Shown: in pieces, positions 16,894 through 25,426 of the stretch
Position numbering within the stretch: position 1 is the stretch's first letter
How the letters are laid out: every line of letters starts with the position of its first letter
From: a virus
Taxonomy: Duplodnaviria > Heunggongvirae > Uroviricota > Caudoviricetes
Reading direction: 5' to 3' (one strand)
Length of the DNA stretch: 25,620 nt
IMG/VR virus record: IMGVR_UViG_2713896798_000006
Position numbers and translations under genes: made by a program
Notes under the pieces: generated by a model
Told to the model about the DNA's origin: nothing
Database searches by the model: none
Seen by the model: only the letters and a program-made list of their open reading frames with translations

Positions 16894-16936
16894 ACTCCAT
16901 ATCTGATTTAATACACTATCCCGGCCGGGAGGAATA

Positions 16937-18787
16937 ATGACATTTAAACATTATGATGTTGTCAGGGCGGCGTCGCCGTCAGACCTTGCGGAAAAGCTGA
17001 CACACAAACTGAAAGAGGGCTGGCAGCCGTTTGGTAGTCCGGTGGCCATAACCCCTTATACCCTGATGCAGGCGATTACAGCAGAAGGTGATGTGGTGGT
17101 CAGTGGTGCAACTGAGCCGGAGTGGTACTACGTCATCGTACTGGCCGGGCAGTCCAATGCCATGGCTTACGGTGAAGGGCTTCCGCTGCCGGATTCATAC
17201 GATGCTCCGGATCCGCGCATTAAACAGCTGGCGCGCCGCAGTACAGTGACGCCGGGTGGGGCTGCCTGCAGATATAACGATATTATTCCGGCCGACCACT
17301 GCCTGCATGATGTGCAGGATATGAGTACGCTGAATCATCCGAAGGCAGACCTGAGCAAAGGGCAGTACGGCTGTGTCGGCCAGGGGTTACATATTGCCAA
17401 AAAACTGCTCCCGTATATCCCGAATAACGCGGGGATCCTGCTGGTACCATGCTGTCGTGGTGGTTCGGCATTTACCCAGGGCGCGGAGGGGACATTCAGT
17501 GCGGACACGGGGGCCAGCCAGGATTCGGCGCGCTGGGGTGTGGGTAAACCGTTATATCAGGACCTGATTGCGCGCACCAAAGCTGCATTACAGAAGAACC
17601 CGAAAAATGTGTTGCTGGCGGTGTGCTGGATGCAGGGAGAGTTTGACATGAGCGCCGCCACCCACGCACAGCAACCTGCGCTGTTTACAGCCATGCTGAC
17701 ACAGTTTCGTGCTGACCTCTCCGTGTTTAACGCGCAGTGCCATGGTGGCAGTGCTGCAGATGTGCCGTGGATTTGTGGTGACACGACGTATTACTGGAAA
17801 AATACATACGCTACCCAGTACGACACCGTGTACGGCGGGTATAAAAACAGGGAGAGTGAGGGCGTTTATTTTGTGCCCTTCATGACAGACGGTAACGGCG
17901 TCAATACCGCCACTAACGCGCCGGCAGAAGATCCGGATATTCCGGCATCAGGATATTACGGTGCGGCATCGAGAACGAATGGAAACCAGGTATCATCAAA
18001 CCGCCCGACACATTTCAGTTCATGGGCGCGCAGGAGCATTATTCCGGATCGTCTGGCAACCGCTATTCTGAACGCAGCCGGGCGCACCTCAGCCTTCATC
18101 AGTGGTAAGGCACCGGAAATCAAACCCTCGCCCGGCGGCAACACGCCATCGGGTCCGTCTGCAGATACGTCCGTTCGCACAATCTCCCTGCTGCCGGCAG
18201 CCGGAGAGGCTGCTGCGCAGGGCTGGAGCATTAAGGATGGCGGAATTCAGTTGTCAGATGGTGTATTTAAGATCACCAAGCAGAGCAATAAAACCTGGTC
18301 CCTGACGCATCCGGTGGATGACGCAATTACCCTGCTGACACAGGGCGGCAGACTGACCTGTAAGTTCCGCCTGTCAGGCGCACTGACCAACAATCAGTTC
18401 GGGCTGGGGATTTATCTGTATACGGATGCTCCCGTTCCTGATGGTGTGGCGATGACGGGTACCGGTAATCCGTTCCTGATGTCGTACTTCACTCAGACCA
18501 CTGACGGCAGAGTGAATCTGATGCATCACAGGAAAGCCGGAAACACGAAGCTGGGGGAGTTCGGCGATTACGGTAACGACTGGCAGACGCTGGAGCTGGT
18601 GTTCACCGCCGGCAGTGCCACGGTTACTCCGAAACTGAATGGAGTGGCTGGCCCGGCATTCCAGGTTATAAAAGACAGTCTGACACTGGGACTGAATGCG
18701 CTGACGCTGACGGATGTTACAAAAAATGCAGCGTATGGCGTTGAGATAGAAAGTCTGATGCTGGAGATAAATGCACCGGCAGCATAA
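16937..18787 (+). CDS. Prophage sialate O-acetylesterase-like protein (NanS-p type; SGNH/SASA hydrolase with N- and C-terminal extra domains)
   Basis: 616 aa; GQSNAMAYGEG motif early in the hydrolase domain; located between the Q-like gene and the holin, the usual site of nanS-p genes in EHEC lambdoid prophages. Confidence 0.6.
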   Translation: MTFKHYDVVRAASPSDLAEKLTHKLKEGWQPFGSPVAITPYTLMQAITAEGDVVVSGATEPEWYYVIVLAGQSNAMAYGEGLPLPDSYDAPDPRIKQLARRSTVTPGGAACRYNDIIPADHCLHDVQDMSTLNHPKADLSKGQYGCVGQGLHIAKKLLPYIPNNAGILLVPCCRGGSAFTQGAEGTFSADTGASQDSARWGVGKPLYQDLIARTKAALQKNPKNVLLAVCWMQGEFDMSAATHAQQPALFTAMLTQFRADLSVFNAQCHGGSAADVPWICGDTTYYWKNTYATQYDTVYGGYKNRESEGVYFVPFMTDGNGVNTATNAPAEDPDIPASGYYGAASRTNGNQVSSNRPTHFSSWARRSIIPDRLATAILNAAGRTSAFISGKAPEIKPSPGGNTPSGPSADTSVRTISLLPAAGEAAAQGWSIKDGGIQLSDGVFKITKQSNKTWSLTHPVDDAITLLTQGGRLTCKFRLSGALTNNQFGLGIYLYTDAPVPDGVAMTGTGNPFLMSYFTQTTDGRVNLMHHRKAGNTKLGEFGDYGNDWQTLELVFTAGSATVTPKLNGVAGPAFQVIKDSLTLGLNALTLTDVTKNAAYGVEIESLMLEINAPAA

Positions 18788-18999
18788 TAAAAAAAGCCAG
18801 CGCCCACTCTGAAGGACGCTGGCTAAAACGGGTAGATGTACTTCACATGATACTTATATTTGGCAGTACATTTTCTGACAGACAGTGACGGATGTTGTCA
18901 AGATATTGTGTCATTTATAACCTGAATCAGGGGTTGGTCGGAATGTTATCTGGCATTTTTAGCAGAGCCTGAATGCCATAATCACGGCTCCCGGCGTTG

Positions 19000-19034
19000 G
19001 CCGTCAGTGGGTGACACTGGCGGCTTTTTGTTTT
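19000..19034 (+). terminator. Intrinsic terminator immediately upstream of the holin gene
   Basis: Stem GCCGTCAGTG/CACTGGCGGC (one mismatch) with loop ggtga followed by tttttgtttt. Confidence 0.5.
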
Positions 19035-19079
19035 CCTTTACTTTCATTTTCTGTCGGCGGTGACGGAGACATACATCAG

Positions 19080-19286
19080 ATGGAAAAAATCACAACAGGT
19101 GTGTCATACACCACGTCAGCGGTAGGGACGGGATACTGGTTACTGCAACTGCTGGACAAAGTCTCTCCGTCCCAGTGGGTGGCAATAGGTGTGCTGGGGA
19201 GTCTGCTGTTTGGCCTGCTGACGTATCTGACTAACCTTTATTTCAAGATTAAAGAAGATAAGCGTAAGGTGGCGCGGGGAGAGTAG
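19080..19286 (+). CDS. Holin, phage 21 S-type pinholin
   Basis: [68 protein letters not shown] closely parallels S21 as I recall it. Confidence 0.8.
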   Translation: MEKITTGVSYTTSAVGTGYWLLQLLDKVSPSQWVAIGVLGSLLFGLLTYLTNLYFKIKEDKRKVARGE

Positions 19287-19351
19287 TCGATGAATAAACA
19301 ATACGAACTGGTTGTAAAATGGTAAGCGTCAACGGAGCACCGTATTGACGC

Positions 19352-20965
19352 TTATTTATTGGTGAGTACTACGTTCCATGGCAGGAGTTCGTCAACTCGG
19401 TTGGAAGGCCATTCCGGCAGTACGCTCAGGATATGGCGCAGATACGCTTCCGGATCGATACCGTTCAGACGGCAGGTGCCGATCAGCCCGTACAACAGTG
19501 CTCCACGCTCGCCGCCGTGATCGCTGCCAAAGAACATAAAGTTTTTCTTTCCGAGACAGACTGCACGAAGCGCTCTTTCCGCAGCATTATTATCCGCCTC
19601 CGCCAGACCGTCATCACTGTAATAACAGAGGGCATCCCACTGATTCAGTACATAGCTGAACGCTTCGCCCAGTCTGGATTTTTTCGACAGCGTACCATTC
19701 TTCTCCACCATCCATTCATGCAGCGACGTCAGTAACACTTTGCTTCGCTGCTGCCTGACGGCAAGACGCTCTGACTCCGGTAATCCCCGTATTTCATCCT
19801 CGATGGCGTACAGTTCACTGATTCGCTTCAGGGCTTCTTCTGCCGTCGCACTTTTGCTGCTGATGTATACATCGTGGATTTTTCGCCGGGCATGGGCCCA
19901 GCACGCAACTTCTGTCAGTGCACCACCTTCACGTTCTGCACTGAACAACCTGTCGTAACCTGTGAACGCATCCGCCTGCAGGATACCCCGGAAGGGGCGG
20001 AGGTGTTGCTCCGGGTGTTTCCCCTGCCGGTTCGGCGAGTACGCGAACCAGACCGCTGGAGGAGATGACGAACCCACATTGCGATCATCCCGGACATACG
20101 TCCAGATACGCCCTGTTTTCGCCTTTTTCTGACCCGGTGCCAGTACCTTTACCGGTGTGTCATCAGTGTGAACCTTGCGGGTGTTCATTACATAACGGTA
20201 CAGGGCATCATTCACCGGTGTCATTAACTGGCAGCACGCGTCAACCCAGTTGGAGAGTAAGGCCCGGCTCAGTTCGACACCCTGGCGGGCAAAGATTTCA
20301 CTCTGACGATACAGTGGCAGATGTTCGCAGTATTTTCCCGTTAACACGCGGGCAAGTAATCCGGGGCCCGCGATACCACGCTCTATCGGGCGGGACGGCG
20401 CCGGTGCTTCAACAATACAGTCACATTTTGTACAGGCTTTTTTTACCCGTTCTGTGCGGATCACTTTCAGGGCACTGCTCACCAGTTCCAGCTGTTCAGC
20501 GCTGACTTCCCCCAGATAATCCAGCTCACCGCCACACTCCGGGCAACAGCTTTCTTCTGGCTCCAGGCGGTGTATTTCACGGGGAAGGTGTGCCGGTAAC
20601 GGACGACGATGGCGCGACTGTCGCAACTGGCGGGGAACCTGAGGATCGTCTTCCCGCCCACTGTAACGATCGCTGTCCTGTTCACGTTGTTTCAGCAGAG
20701 CCTCAGCCAGTTCAACTTCACGACGCAGTTTTTCAGAACGGGTACCGAACAGCATCCGGCGCAGTTTTTCTATCTGAGCCCGCAGATGTTCTATTTCCCG
20801 TTCATCTTCTTCGATCTTTTCTTCGGCACGTGTCAGTGCAGAGCGCAGGAAGGCTTCCGTCTCTTCAACCAGACTCAGTTGCTGGTCTTTCTGACGGAGG
20901 GCTTCAGCCTGCTCAGAGAGCAACCTTTCCAGCTCTGCGATGCGAATGAGGTATTTCTGACTCAT
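19352..20965 (-). CDS. IS66-family transposase (TnpC, 537 aa)
   Basis: N-terminal coiled-coil/leucine-zipper region, Cys-rich zinc-binding segment (CPECGG...CTKCDC) and length typical of IS66 TnpC. Confidence 0.85.
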   Translation of the reverse strand: MSQKYLIRIAELERLLSEQAEALRQKDQQLSLVEETEAFLRSALTRAEEKIEEDEREIEHLRAQIEKLRRMLFGTRSEKLRREVELAEALLKQREQDSDRYSGREDDPQVPRQLRQSRHRRPLPAHLPREIHRLEPEESCCPECGGELDYLGEVSAEQLELVSSALKVIRTERVKKACTKCDCIVEAPAPSRPIERGIAGPGLLARVLTGKYCEHLPLYRQSEIFARQGVELSRALLSNWVDACCQLMTPVNDALYRYVMNTRKVHTDDTPVKVLAPGQKKAKTGRIWTYVRDDRNVGSSSPPAVWFAYSPNRQGKHPEQHLRPFRGILQADAFTGYDRLFSAEREGGALTEVACWAHARRKIHDVYISSKSATAEEALKRISELYAIEDEIRGLPESERLAVRQQRSKVLLTSLHEWMVEKNGTLSKKSRLGEAFSYVLNQWDALCYYSDDGLAEADNNAAERALRAVCLGKKNFMFFGSDHGGERGALLYGLIGTCRLNGIDPEAYLRHILSVLPEWPSNRVDELLPWNVVLTNK

Positions 20966-20995
20966 GACCGTTTTTATAATGCGGTCAGGAGTTTT

Positions 20996-21346
20996 TTACA
21001 ACATTGTCAGTGAGTTACGGCTGGATGTTTTTGGCTGACGCCAGTCCAGCTTATCGAGGAGCATTGCCAGTTGCGAGCGGGTAATGGATACCTTGCCGTC
21101 ACGTACCGCAGGCCAGATAAACTGGCCTTCCTCCAGGCGTTTGGTGAACAGGCACAGACCATCAGCATCAGCCCAAAGAATTTTGACGGTGTCACCCCGT
21201 CGGCCACGGAAGATAAACAGGTGACCGGAGAAGGGATTATCATTCAGCACATGTTGTACCTGTTCTCCCAGTCCGTTGAAGGATTTACGCATATCGGTAA
21301 CGCCGGCAACGAGCCAGATACGGGTACCTGATGGGAGTGAGATCAT
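20996..21346 (-). CDS. IS66-family accessory protein TnpB (116 aa)
   Basis: MISLPSGTRIWLVAGVTDMRKSFNGL... typical IS66 Orf2; overlaps tnpA stop. Confidence 0.8.
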   Translation of the reverse strand: MISLPSGTRIWLVAGVTDMRKSFNGLGEQVQHVLNDNPFSGHLFIFRGRRGDTVKILWADADGLCLFTKRLEEGQFIWPAVRDGKVSITRSQLAMLLDKLDWRQPKTSSRNSLTML

Positions 21347-21768
21347 CTTCCCCTCCCGGTCAGTTCACGGATCAACACTGTGAGCAGCTCTGGCGATGGA
21401 TTTTCCAGCGTCATGTTACCGTGACGGAATTCCACCTTGCAGGAACTGGCACTGACTCTGGTCTGAGTGGAAGTGGATAAAGACGGCGCAATGGCCGCCA
21501 CAGGTTCTTTCTGCTCATCCGGCGTTATTTCTACAGGTAATAATTCAACGCCAGTGTCAGAAGAGGTCGTTACCGGAAGACGCCGCGAAACACGCCCTTC
21601 GTTCTGCCAGAGCCTGAGCCATTTGAAAATAACATTATCATTGACGCCATTTTCACGTGCAATCTGTGCAACACAAGCTCCAGGTTGTGATGCCAGTTCC
21701 ACCATACGAAGTTTGAATTCATTCGAATAGTTTTTACGAGGTTCTTTTCGCCAGTCCTGTAATTCCAT
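21343..21768 (-). CDS. IS66-family accessory protein TnpA (141 aa)
   Basis: HTH-containing first ORF of the IS66 operon, immediately upstream of and overlapping tnpB. Confidence 0.75.
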   Translation of the reverse strand: MELQDWRKEPRKNYSNEFKLRMVELASQPGACVAQIARENGVNDNVIFKWLRLWQNEGRVSRRLPVTTSSDTGVELLPVEITPDEQKEPVAAIAPSLSTSTQTRVSASSCKVEFRHGNMTLENPSPELLTVLIRELTGRGR

Positions 21769-22081
21769 ACTTAGATGTCCGTCTATATCAGATGGGCGTC
21801 TAAGTTACCAATTCTCGTCTGATGGCTACATACGGCGGTCAGTTTACGCTTACGTAAAATGAATATTTCTAACTGAAAAAACGTTCCATGAGGTGAGAAA
21901 AGGTCACAGGCAATCAATAACAGGACGTGATGAAAGACCCTTGCATTTGTGCGCTTTCTCTTTAGATAGCAGCAGATACTGAAAATCTGAGTTGTCGGGG
22001 AGTCAGGGATACAGCTGTGCAAGAGTTGGTCATTGTGATTCCATTGAAATCCTGTATGCCATGAAGGGCAGGATTTTATGG

Positions 22082-22396
22082 CTACCTGAGCTTTGGTGAT
22101 AGTAAGTTGAAAATTCGCATTTTTTGCTGACATGCGTAACGAGAATCCCATAAGCAGGGAGGACTTAATTCTTCATTAACCCATGCGTTGATATTATGTT
22201 TCAGCCGTTGAAGCATCAGCGGTGTTAATGTTGTGGTAATAATATCCAGCGTTTTATGTGAGATCTTACCGTAAGGGTCTGCAAGAATGCTGCTTGTTGC
22301 TTCGTTATTATCTGCCATCAGAAGAAGTAACTCTGATTTAACGTTTTCTGTCATTAGTTGTAAAAATCTTCTGCGCAAACTTTCTTTACTGTTCAT
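22082..22396 (-). CDS. Hypothetical 104-aa protein on the opposite strand, in an AT-rich segment between holin and endolysin
   Basis: ORF in the track; upstream on the minus strand is a perfect TATAAT; size and position resemble Qin ydfR (103 aa) but sequence identity not verified. Confidence 0.4.
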   Translation of the reverse strand: MNSKESLRRRFLQLMTENVKSELLLLMADNNEATSSILADPYGKISHKTLDIITTTLTPLMLQRLKHNINAWVNEELSPPCLWDSRYACQQKMRIFNLLSPKLR

Positions 22397-22513
22397 TTAT
22401 ATGGCTTCATTTGTTGTAATCTGCTGCGTCTCAAGGGATATGTTTATGAGAGCGACCATGAGTGTTGGATTATATACCTAACATATCAAGGGATTAGAAA
22501 TCGATAAATCCCC

Positions 22514-23047
22514 ATGAACGAAAAAATAAAATACGGCCTGTCGGCTGCCGTTCTGGCGCTGATTGGTGCAGGTGCTTCTGCGCCTGAAATCCTCGACCAG
22601 TTTCTGGATGAAAAGGAAGGTAACCACACCACGGCATACCGTGATGGTGCGGGGATCTGGACCATCTGCCGTGGTGCCATTCTGGTGGATGGTAAGCCTG
22701 TTATTCCTGGCATGAAGCTGTCAAAGGAAAAATGCGACCGGGTTAATGCCATCGAACGTGACAAGGCGCTGGCATGGGTGGAGAAAAACATCAAAGTGCC
22801 GCTGACCGAACCCCAGAAAGCGGGGATCGCGTCATTCTGTCCGTATAACATTGGCCCCGGTAAGTGTTTCCCGTCGACGTTTTATAAACGAATTAATGCA
22901 GGTGATCGAAAAGGTGCCTGCGAAGCGATTCGCTGGTGGATTAAGGACGGTGGCAGAGACTGCCGTATCCGCTCAAATAATTGCTACGGTCAGGTATCCC
23001 GGCGAGATCAGGAAAGTGCGCTGGCGTGCTGGGGTATCGACAGATAA
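22514..23047 (+). CDS. SAR endolysin (T4-lysozyme-like, GH24) with N-terminal signal-anchor-release domain
   Basis: Weakly hydrophobic Gly/Ala-rich N-terminus YGLSAAVLALIGAGASAP; catalytic E-x8-D-x5-T (EGNHTTAYRDGAGIWT); 177 aa. Confidence 0.8.
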   Translation: MNEKIKYGLSAAVLALIGAGASAPEILDQFLDEKEGNHTTAYRDGAGIWTICRGAILVDGKPVIPGMKLSKEKCDRVNAIERDKALAWVEKNIKVPLTEPQKAGIASFCPYNIGPGKCFPSTFYKRINAGDRKGACEAIRWWIKDGGRDCRIRSNNCYGQVSRRDQESALACWGIDR

Positions 23048-23141
23048 GCAGAATATTTTGCTTAAAAATGACGTTGGCCAACGCGGGCAGATAACACGAA
23101 ATCCTGCGAACTGGCAAAACCCAAGTGAATAAAAGTAAAAA

Positions 23142-23172
23142 CCCCGTTTGTTGGTTGCAAACGGGGTTTTAT
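23142..23172. terminator. Hairpin with U/A-rich flanks on both sides (possible bidirectional terminator) between endolysin and Rz
   Basis: 9-bp stem CCCCGTTTG/CAAACGGGG, 7-nt loop, followed by ttttatgtttat and preceded by aaaagtaaaaa. Confidence 0.5.
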
Positions 23173-23339
23173 GTTTATGGCAGTAAGCTATGGGAGGCTG
23201 CCTTGATTGATTTTAGCAAACTGATTAGGGAGTTGCGACTCATGATTAGTCAATTACCAAACTGGAAATTTTTGCTGGTCTGGAGCATCCCTTTTTTATG
23301 GGTAGTATCCCAGTGAATTGTGGCAATTAAGGGGTAGCT

Positions 23340-23471
23340 ATGTCAGACAAACTCATAATGCTGGCGAAGATCCTCTGTGTAATCGTCGGCATTTCATTTT
23401 CACTAATGCTGGTTGCTCTTTTTCTTTCCATGGGCTGGATGATGTTGTCTTCGTCGGGGCTGCTGGGGTGA
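23340..23471 (+). CDS. Small membrane peptide (43 aa), [43 protein letters not shown]
   Basis: AAGGGG Shine-Dalgarno 5 nt upstream of ATG; manual translation; stop overlaps the candidate GTG start of Rz. Confidence 0.3.
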   Translation: MSDKLIMLAKILCVIVGISFSLMLVALFLSMGWMMLSSSGLLG

Positions 23472-23482
23472 GCATAAACCGA

Positions 23483-23941
23483 ATGCTTTCCGCGTTTACC
23501 GTTATTCTGCTGGTGGTCTGTGGTGCGCTTAGTCTGGGGCTGAATCATTACCGCGATAACGCCATCACCTACAAAGCGCAGCGCGATAAAAAAGCCAGTG
23601 AGCTGGATCTGGCAAACGCAACCATTACTGATATGCAGGTGCGCCAGCGCGATGTTGCTGCGCTCGATGCAAAATACTCGAGGGAATTAGCCGATGCGAG
23701 AGCTGAAAATGAAACTCTGCGTGCTGATGTTGCCGCTGGTCGTAAGCGCCTGCGGATCAACGCCACCTGCCCCGGTACCGTGCGTGAAGCCACCGGCACC
23801 TCCGGCGTGGGCAATGATGCCGCCGTCGAACTCTCTCCGGTTGCTGGACGAAACGTTCTCGGTATCAGAGACGGAATCATCAGCGACCAGGCAGCATTGA
23901 GAATGCTTCAGGAATATATCCGCACTCAGTGTATTAACTAG
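23483..23941 (+). CDS. Rz-like i-spanin (inner-membrane spanin subunit)
   Basis: N-terminal transmembrane helix then coiled-coil-like charged region; contains an embedded +1-frame lipoprotein ORF; alternative GTG start at 23468. Confidence 0.7.
   Translation: MLSAFTVILLVVCGALSLGLNHYRDNAITYKAQRDKKASELDLANATITDMQVRQRDVAALDAKYSRELADARAENETLRADVAAGRKRLRINATCPGTVREATGTSGVGNDAAVELSPVAGRNVLGIRDGIISDQAALRMLQEYIRTQCIN
23709..23900 (+). CDS. Rz1-like o-spanin (outer-membrane lipoprotein embedded in Rz in the +1 frame)
   Basis: [15 protein letters not shown] lipobox followed by Pro-rich mature region [16 protein letters not shown]; fully embedded in the Rz gene. Confidence 0.7.
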   Translation: MKLCVLMLPLVVSACGSTPPAPVPCVKPPAPPAWAMMPPSNSLRLLDETFSVSETESSATRQH

Positions 23942-23964
23942 TATTTTTGTTATTCGGAGAATGC

Positions 23965-24189
23965 ATGAAGAAATTATTGGTAACCGTAAAGCCTTTTCAG
24001 GGAACAATTCCGTTCCGTATTTTGCAGCGTGGTCGTGTTCTTGTTGAAGGTTCGTTCAGTGGTAAATGTACGCAATTACACTCCCGGACCTTTCAGGTGA
24101 ATGCCACGAATGAAGAGCTAACCGTTGAGTGTACGATGAATGCCGCTAAATGCCGCATGGTATCCGCTGCATTACAGCCAGTGTGTTGA
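23965..24189 (+). CDS. Hypothetical small protein (74 aa)
   Basis: GGAGA Shine-Dalgarno before ATG at 23965; MKKLLVTVKPFQ...; no family recognised (not a CspA-type cold shock protein). Confidence 0.4.
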   Translation: MKKLLVTVKPFQGTIPFRILQRGRVLVEGSFSGKCTQLHSRTFQVNATNEELTVECTMNAAKCRMVSAALQPVC

Positions 24190-24922
24190 GCGACCTTATT
24201 ATTCATGCGCGGTATTGTCGCCGTATTCCTGCATTAACAGAGACCGCAGCCCGACCGGGAGAATCCTCTGCGCGAGTGTGCGGGGATAATCAAAAACGAT
24301 ACACACCGGGGTTTACCGCGTTAACGGAGCGCGGCGTTGTCCCCTCATGGTCGCTGGTCCGGTGCGATGGTGGAAGAAGCCGGATGTTTATCACTATTAA
24401 TTGATAACACAGAAATGGATTCATTGATTTTCAGCACGTTTTTGTATTCGTATTATTGAACATCTGTTTATTTTACTTTTAACATATTGATAATAAAAAG
24501 AGCTGTAAATCTTTAGATGAGTCGATTTTGTCCGGGGAAGTTCAAATGGATTTTATGCTGACGGTTTCTGGTGTGGTTATCCTGTCCATTGCTTATACTG
24601 CAGATAAATATGGCTGCCATTTGTTATCACGTATTGGCGCTTATTGCTCGTTGATGCTGATTTTCTCGTCGCTTTTTTTTGAGTAAGTTATATTAATTAT
24701 AACAAATAATTTTCTGTGTTTTTTCAGGCTATCCCGTCAGACGGGAAGCCTGTACTGCCGGGGGACGAATGGAAAACTGATGTGTCCGGTAACTGTGTGT
24801 TCTGTGAACACCATGTTACTTAATTATGTAATTCATACCCGAACGCTCTGTTGACAGCCTTCTTCTGCAGGCTTCAATAACCCACGCTGAAAAGTTACCG
24901 GAACCTTGGTAATGACTCCAAC

Positions 24923-25426
24923 TTATTGATAGTGTTTTATGTTCAGATAATGCCCGATGACTTTGTCATGCAGCTCCACCGATTTTGAGAACGACAGCGA
25001 CTTCCGTCCCAGCCGTGCCAGGTGCTGCCTCAGATTCAGGTTATGCCGCTCAATTCGCTGCGTATATCGCTTGCTGATTACGTGCAGCTTTCCCTTCAGG
25101 CGGGATTCATACAGCGGCCAGCCATCCGTCATCCATATCACCACGTCAAAGGGTGACAGCAGGCTCATAAGACGCCCCAGCGTCGCCATAGTGCGTTCAC
25201 CGAATACGTGCGCAACAACCGTCTTCCGGAGCCTGTCATACGCGTAAAACAGCCAGCGCTGGCGCGATTTAGCACCGACATAGCCCCACTGTTCGTCCAT
25301 TTCCGCGCAGACGATGACGTCACTGCCCGGCTGTATGCGCGAGGTTACCGACTGCGGCCTGAGTTTTTTAAATGGCGGAAAATCGTGTTGAGGCCAACGC
25401 CCATAATGCGGGCGGTTGCCCGGCAT
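24923..25426 (-). CDS. insB: IS1 InsB
   Basis: 167 aa, [58 protein letters not shown]... Confidence 0.9.
   Translation of the reverse strand: MPGNRPHYGRWPQHDFPPFKKLRPQSVTSRIQPGSDVIVCAEMDEQWGYVGAKSRQRWLFYAYDRLRKTVVAHVFGERTMATLGRLMSLLSPFDVVIWMTDGWPLYESRLKGKLHVISKRYTQRIERHNLNLRQHLARLGRKSLSFSKSVELHDKVIGHYLNIKHYQ

Larger units (their letters stand above)
19322..21853 (-). mobile_element. IS66-family insertion sequence (about 2.5 kb) with imperfect terminal inverted repeats and 8-bp target site duplication GTAAAATG
   Basis: Ends GTAAGCGTCAACGG... (19322) and ...CAGTTTACGCTTAC (21853); GTAAAATG at 19314..19321 and 21854..21861; three ORFs in IS66 order. Confidence 0.85.

Noticed and set aside
15870-16936. 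tRNA genes between the Q-like gene and the lysis cassette
   Set aside because: Looked for T-loop and acceptor-stem patterns (GGTTCGAATCC-like, terminal CCA context) and found none; the hairpins present do not form a cloverleaf. A tRNAscan run would be decisive.
18795-18824. Hairpin after the esterase gene as its plus-strand terminator
   Set aside because: 8-bp stem with 14-nt loop and no U-tract on the plus strand (the U-tract is on the minus strand); at best a minus-strand or weak bidirectional terminator.
21783-22151. 122-aa minus-strand ORF
   Set aside because: Crosses the IS66 terminal repeat and target duplication boundary and overlaps the better-supported 104-aa ORF in another frame.
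23125-23316. 63-aa ORF MNKSKNPVCWLQTGFYVYG...
   Set aside because: Its coding region would include the strong hairpin at 23142..23172 and it has no convincing ribosome-binding site.
24150-24404. 84-aa plus-strand ORF (and a search for a bor-like lipoprotein on the minus strand)
   Set aside because: Arg-rich translation overlapping the end of the 74-aa ORF with no ribosome-binding site; no lipobox-containing minus-strand ORF found in 24180..24900.
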